A model generated the notes under the pieces. It was not told where the DNA came from. It did no database searches and saw only the letters and a list, made by a program, of their open reading frames with translations. A DNA stretch of 41,084 nt from a virus. Taxonomy: Duplodnaviria; Heunggongvirae; Uroviricota; Caudoviricetes. Of the stretch, positions 37,518 through 41,084 are shown in pieces (the first letter of the stretch is position 1; the number at the start of each line of letters is the position of its first letter). The position numbers and the translations under genes are program-made. The stretch lies in the IMG/VR virus record IMGVR_UViG_2667527588_000007, positions 1-41,084 of that record; one strand, given 5' to 3'.

Positions 37518-38513
37518 ATGAAAGGGATATATTATGAGAATACTCGAACCTCTATACCGGGGTGGATATCAAACCTTCATGAAACTCAAAGGTTTGGTTA
37601 CGCTTATGAAACAAGTACTCACTTTGTTCATTTATATGGTAAAGCTGAACCTTTTAATGTCATATCAGTTGGCCTTACCGCAATACAAGGTAAAAGTGGG
37701 ACTCTAAATGATTGGGTTATAAATACATTTGGAGCAACTAACATCCAAACATTACAAAATGATATCGGACATGTTGTTGAAGGTGTCTGGAGACCATCTT
37801 TATATTATAGCGATGACATTCAAGGTGCGTTGTTAGTTGATCCGTTCGAGAAAATGTCGTCAGGACAAGCTCTGCGCAATCTTATTAATAAACTCGATGA
37901 ATTATTTTTGTACATTGAGCCAAGCATCACAGGTCTGAAAGCATATAGCCATAAATGCAGGGAGCTATTAATTTTGGCTTGTACAGAAGTTGAGAATCAG
38001 TGGGTGTCACTGATAAAAAAAACAAACCTAAATAATGTAGGGGCTAGATATACAACTAGGGACTATGTACGGCTTGCAGATAAATGTTTTTTAAAAGAAT
38101 ACAAGGTGAATTTTAAAAATTACTCAGGCTTAAGAGATTTCACACCATTTTTATCTTGGGTTCCGACTGCCTCTACTGGCTCTTTACCTTGGTACGATGC
38201 TTATAATGGAACTAAGCATGATAGGGAAGCAGGTTTTAATCTCGCATCATTGGAGAATGTGATGGATGCCTTATCTGCTTGTATAGTATTGTATTGTGTT
38301 AAATATGGACCTTATGATTTGGTGTCTGGTGGGGATCTGCTTTCAGGAACGTTTAACGAGCATTTTTCTCTTAGTTTCATAAATAGTGATAAAAGTAGCT
38401 ATTACGTTCCCGAATTGAATTTTAACGCAAACGCAATAACAGACTTGTGTGTGATTGACTGTTATAGAGAAAAACTCAACAAAGCATGGGTTACAGAACC
38501 TCTTGTTTTATAG
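37518..38513 (+). CDS. hypothetical protein (AT-rich accessory gene at invertase-proximal hotspot)
   Basis: 331 aa, GAGGTG RBS, AT-rich with Asn/Tyr-rich composition; occupies DNA that replaced the invertase 3' portion. Confidence 0.6.
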   Translation: MKGIYYENTRTSIPGWISNLHETQRFGYAYETSTHFVHLYGKAEPFNVISVGLTAIQGKSGTLNDWVINTFGATNIQTLQNDIGHVVEGVWRPSLYYSDDIQGALLVDPFEKMSSGQALRNLINKLDELFLYIEPSITGLKAYSHKCRELLILACTEVENQWVSLIKKTNLNNVGARYTTRDYVRLADKCFLKEYKVNFKNYSGLRDFTPFLSWVPTASTGSLPWYDAYNGTKHDREAGFNLASLENVMDALSACIVLYCVKYGPYDLVSGGDLLSGTFNEHFSLSFINSDKSSYYVPELNFNANAITDLCVIDCYREKLNKAWVTEPLVL

Positions 38514-39174
38514 GTAGTATTAATTCAGCACCTTGATTTTTTGTATTTCCCACGGCACGCGTCACGGCGTGCCAGATAAACGTGTCGGCAGACGCTGTAC
38601 CCTTAGCAACAATCTCCTCCACCACTCTACCTACGACATTCTGCCGTATCCACTCACGAGCTGCTTCCGGTGATAGCACCAGCGGCCGGCGATCATGAAT
38701 ATCTACCAGCCCTTTATCCGCAGCAGTAGTTACAATCAGGAACCCCTCAGCTTCATCGCCACGTTCAAATGGTGTGCTGCCAATAGCGGCCATGAATATA
38801 GGCTGGCCGTCAGCCCTGCGAATGAAGTAGGGCTGTTTTATAATGCCTTCGCGCTTCCATTCGAACCAACCATCAGCAAAGCAAATTGCACGTCCATGCA
38901 ACCAGAGAGGTTTGAACATTCGGCTGGTGGCCGCAGTTTCTGAGCGTGCGTTAATCAGCGGAGGTTTATTCCACCATCCGGGAGCGAATCCCCAGATAAC
39001 AGGATCGAGGTGCAACTGTTCGTCGCGTTCGCTCAAAAGCAGAACTTTGGTACCGGGTGCAACGTTGAATCGTCCAATTGGTTCTGGAACGTATGGGATG
39101 TCACGCTCAGCTTCTTCTGATAGGAGGGCAAGATAGTCTTCACGCGTCATTGATTGGGCGAAACGTCCGCACAT
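38491..39174 (-). CDS. SOS-response-associated peptidase (SRAP / YedK-like abasic-site processing protein)
   Basis: N-terminal MCGRFAQ with catalytic Cys2; 227 aa; GGAGG RBS. Confidence 0.8.
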   Translation of the reverse strand: MCGRFAQSMTREDYLALLSEEAERDIPYVPEPIGRFNVAPGTKVLLLSERDEQLHLDPVIWGFAPGWWNKPPLINARSETAATSRMFKPLWLHGRAICFADGWFEWKREGIIKQPYFIRRADGQPIFMAAIGSTPFERGDEAEGFLIVTTAADKGLVDIHDRRPLVLSPEAAREWIRQNVVGRVVEEIVAKGTASADTFIWHAVTRAVGNTKNQGAELILPIKQEVL

Positions 39175-39217
39175 AGAAACCTCCAGTCACCAGACTGAAA
39201 GTATAGGGTAGGGATAC

Positions 39218-39242
39218 AAAAAAGCCCGCATAAGCGGGCTTT
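39218..39242 (-). terminator. intrinsic terminator (minus-strand orientation)
   Basis: GCCCGC-ATAA-GCGGGC hairpin with A6 on plus strand (U-run on minus-strand transcript). Confidence 0.6.
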
Positions 39243-39370
39243 CATGTCACTCGGGAGCCGCGGCTCCTTTACGTATCCTTTTTTGTCTCCTCACCGTCTA
39301 GTCGGTGTCCTGCTGAGACTGCTAACTTCCTGTTTTTGTTAGTGCTGTCCTGGCACTGTCCAATCATGAT

Positions 39371-39398
39371 TGGTGGAGCTGGCGGGAGTTGAACCCGC
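39371..39398 (-). other. 28-nt fragment identical to the 3' end of tmRNA (ssrA); probable att-site remnant
   Basis: Minus strand reads GCGGGTTCAACTCCCGCCAGCTCCACCA, the T-arm and acceptor 3' end of E. coli tmRNA as recalled; upstream sequence does not continue the tmRNA. Confidence 0.55.
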
Positions 39399-39689
39399 AG
39401 ACACGTCGTATGCAAGAACTTGCTGCGGCTGGATGGTGGACTTTCGATAGTGCGAGTATTGAATGATGTCCAGCCGTTATTGATTTTACGTATTTTTTGC
39501 ATGAAAAGATTAGCACCTCATCCCACCGCTCCTCCATGATTTTACACCACTGTCTCTAGAGCTCTGTGTGCCAGAAGCGGAAGTTCATACCTCTAAGTGG
39601 ATATTTTGTTAAAATATGCCATCAAAATCCTTGCTACCTCATGGTTGACAGTGATAAAAGTTGCACAAATTACTGAGAGAGAAATTACA

Positions 39690-40127
39690 ATGAGTGGAGA
39701 TACCTCTGAGTTTCCTAATAAACTTCCCAGAAAGCCAATAGGTTGGCGTGAAGAATATAGTGATTTTACAGGTAGTATTATATTCTATATGATATTCCCG
39801 TTGCTTCCATTACTTTTTGAGTCAATTAACACAGGAACTCACCCTTCAATACAATCATTAACAATTACTGCATCAATATACTCTTTTTCCATCGGTGTAT
39901 CTTCTCGAGATAAAGCTATTTTTTGCTTAGGGATTTTTTGTGGTTTCATTCTCGCTTATCTTTACGGTAAAGTTAGTGAGCCAAAAGTTATTATATATAC
40001 CTGGTACTATGTAGTTACGGTGATACTACTGGCTGTAATATTTATATTTCATCTTCTCGAACGATTTAATAAACACGTGGTAGAATGTGAACCTGTTTTC
40101 TCCTTTAAGTTTACGAGAGGTATGTAA
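39690..40127 (+). CDS. hypothetical multi-pass membrane protein
   Basis: ATG at 39690 preceded by purine-rich GAGAGAGA and a TTGACA -35-like motif (39645-39650); AT-rich; several hydrophobic segments; track start at 39597 is GTG. Confidence 0.5.
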   Translation: MSGDTSEFPNKLPRKPIGWREEYSDFTGSIIFYMIFPLLPLLFESINTGTHPSIQSLTITASIYSFSIGVSSRDKAIFCLGIFCGFILAYLYGKVSEPKVIIYTWYYVVTVILLAVIFIFHLLERFNKHVVECEPVFSFKFTRGM

Positions 40128-40594
40128 TGGAGGATATTATATTTATGTATGCTGGGTTGATAGTGTCTTCTTTAGCGGCAATTGTAGGCTTAGCTACATC
40201 TATCATGCATACTCGTAAAAAAGTTAAAGCTAATGAAGAGCTTGCAACTGAAATGGCAAAGAGCTTTAGTGAGCTTGAATCTATCAATAAAAGCATAGGG
40301 GATTTGGAAGCGACAATTAAAAGGATAGATGAAGATGAATTAAAGTTAAGAATAGCAATTGAATCTTTAAAGGAAATGACTTCTGATGAAAAAAAAGAAT
40401 CTAGGGATATGTTGAAAAACATCGTTAATGATGAGGTGTTCATTAAAGTTCTTCTCGAAAGCTATAAAAAACTGGATACCCAGTCAAAGAAGGAGATTTA
40501 TTTGACTTTTTCCAAGTCGACAGATAGAGGCCTTTATCGATATATAAAAAGAATAGCTTCATCAGTACTCGATAACTTAATGGTTAAAATATAA
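40127..40594 (+). CDS. hypothetical membrane-anchored coiled-coil protein
   Basis: TAATG coupling to upstream gene; GAGAGG RBS; N-terminal TM helix followed by Glu/Lys-rich helical region; AT-rich. Confidence 0.55.
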   Translation: MEDIIFMYAGLIVSSLAAIVGLATSIMHTRKKVKANEELATEMAKSFSELESINKSIGDLEATIKRIDEDELKLRIAIESLKEMTSDEKKESRDMLKNIVNDEVFIKVLLESYKKLDTQSKKEIYLTFSKSTDRGLYRYIKRIASSVLDNLMVKI

Positions 40595-40949
40595 ATGCGT
40601 GCGCGCGAGATACAATTTCTCGCGCATTGTGTAACCGGCGACAAAACCCTGTTATCATTATAGCGACCCGTTTAGATGGGCCATTTGTGCCCCAACAGCT
40701 TCTGGGTATAGATTTCCTCGGCCCTGTATAGATACTTTGCTAAAGAGTATTTTAATGGTATTTTGCTTACGTACTATTCTTCTAACGAATGTCTGCCTTA
40801 TCCTGTGAGCTGCCTTCGCTCAGCATTGGCCTGTTTCTCGTTGATTTATATACTGCGACACTAACATAGGCGGATATGTCCGCTCCTCGCTCATAACAGA
40901 CATTCACTACAGTTATGGCAGAAAGGTATGCATGCTGGGTGGGGAAAGT

Positions 40950-41084
40950 ATGAAGGAAAAGAAAACTGCTGCGCTGTTTGTCGTCACGTTTATCTTCATT
41001 GGCTATGCAAGTCATAATACAAGGTGGGACAAAACTGAGACACATAAGGCCTCACAATGGCTTGCAAGGCTTTACATGTTTTGA
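40950..41084 (+). CDS. small hydrophobic peptide ORF ending exactly at window end
   Basis: MKEKKTAALFVVTFIFIGYASHNTRWDKTETHKASQWLARLYMF (44 aa) with GGGGAAAG upstream; stop TGA is the last three bases of the window. Confidence 0.3.
   Translation: MKEKKTAALFVVTFIFIGYASHNTRWDKTETHKASQWLARLYMF

Noticed and set aside
39361-39480. Complete tRNA or tmRNA gene at the ssrA-like fragment
   Set aside because: Only the 3' 28 nt match tmRNA; no D-arm, anticodon arm or tmRNA body upstream, so it is a fragment and not a functional RNA gene.
40782-41045. Minus-strand 87-aa ORF near window end
   Set aside because: No convincing RBS and Cys/Ser-rich composition; overlaps the plus-strand small peptide ORF, which has a better start context.
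1-41084. CRISPR array or large tandem repeat arrays
   Set aside because: No regularly spaced direct repeats with unique spacers were seen; the only tandem repeats are the 15-bp origin iterons inside the O-like gene.

Overview
The window opens with a complete proA gene and tRNA-Thr(CGU) (thrW), followed immediately by a mosaic temperate prophage integrated at the tRNA 3' end. From left to right the prophage carries: a tyrosine integrase and AlpA-like excisionase; an early-left accessory block (PAPS-reductase-like, HD-hydrolase, YfdQ-like); a lambda-style immunity switch (S24-peptidase CI repressor, Cro, TTGC-N7-GCAA operators); an O-like replication initiator with internal iterons; RusA, KilA-N, DUF968 and Q antiterminator; a lysis cassette (holin, lambda-R-type endolysin, Rz/Rz1); HNH endonuclease, terminase and an HK97-type head module; and a Mu-like contractile tail ending in a Gin/Pin-type invertible tail-fibre segment whose invertase is truncated. 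At least six AT-rich accessory genes (morons) sit at classical hotspots, several with their own promoter and terminator. The strongest candidate for a novel system is a 261-aa protein between Q and the holin with a canonical HEPN-type RNxxxH motif; the 331-aa ORF that replaces the invertase 3' end and a two-gene membrane operon near a tmRNA 3'-end fragment are the next candidates. No attR copy of the thrW 3' end was found, so the right prophage boundary is unresolved. All calls rest on reading the sequence and the ORF track and on recalled family signatures; no database search was run.
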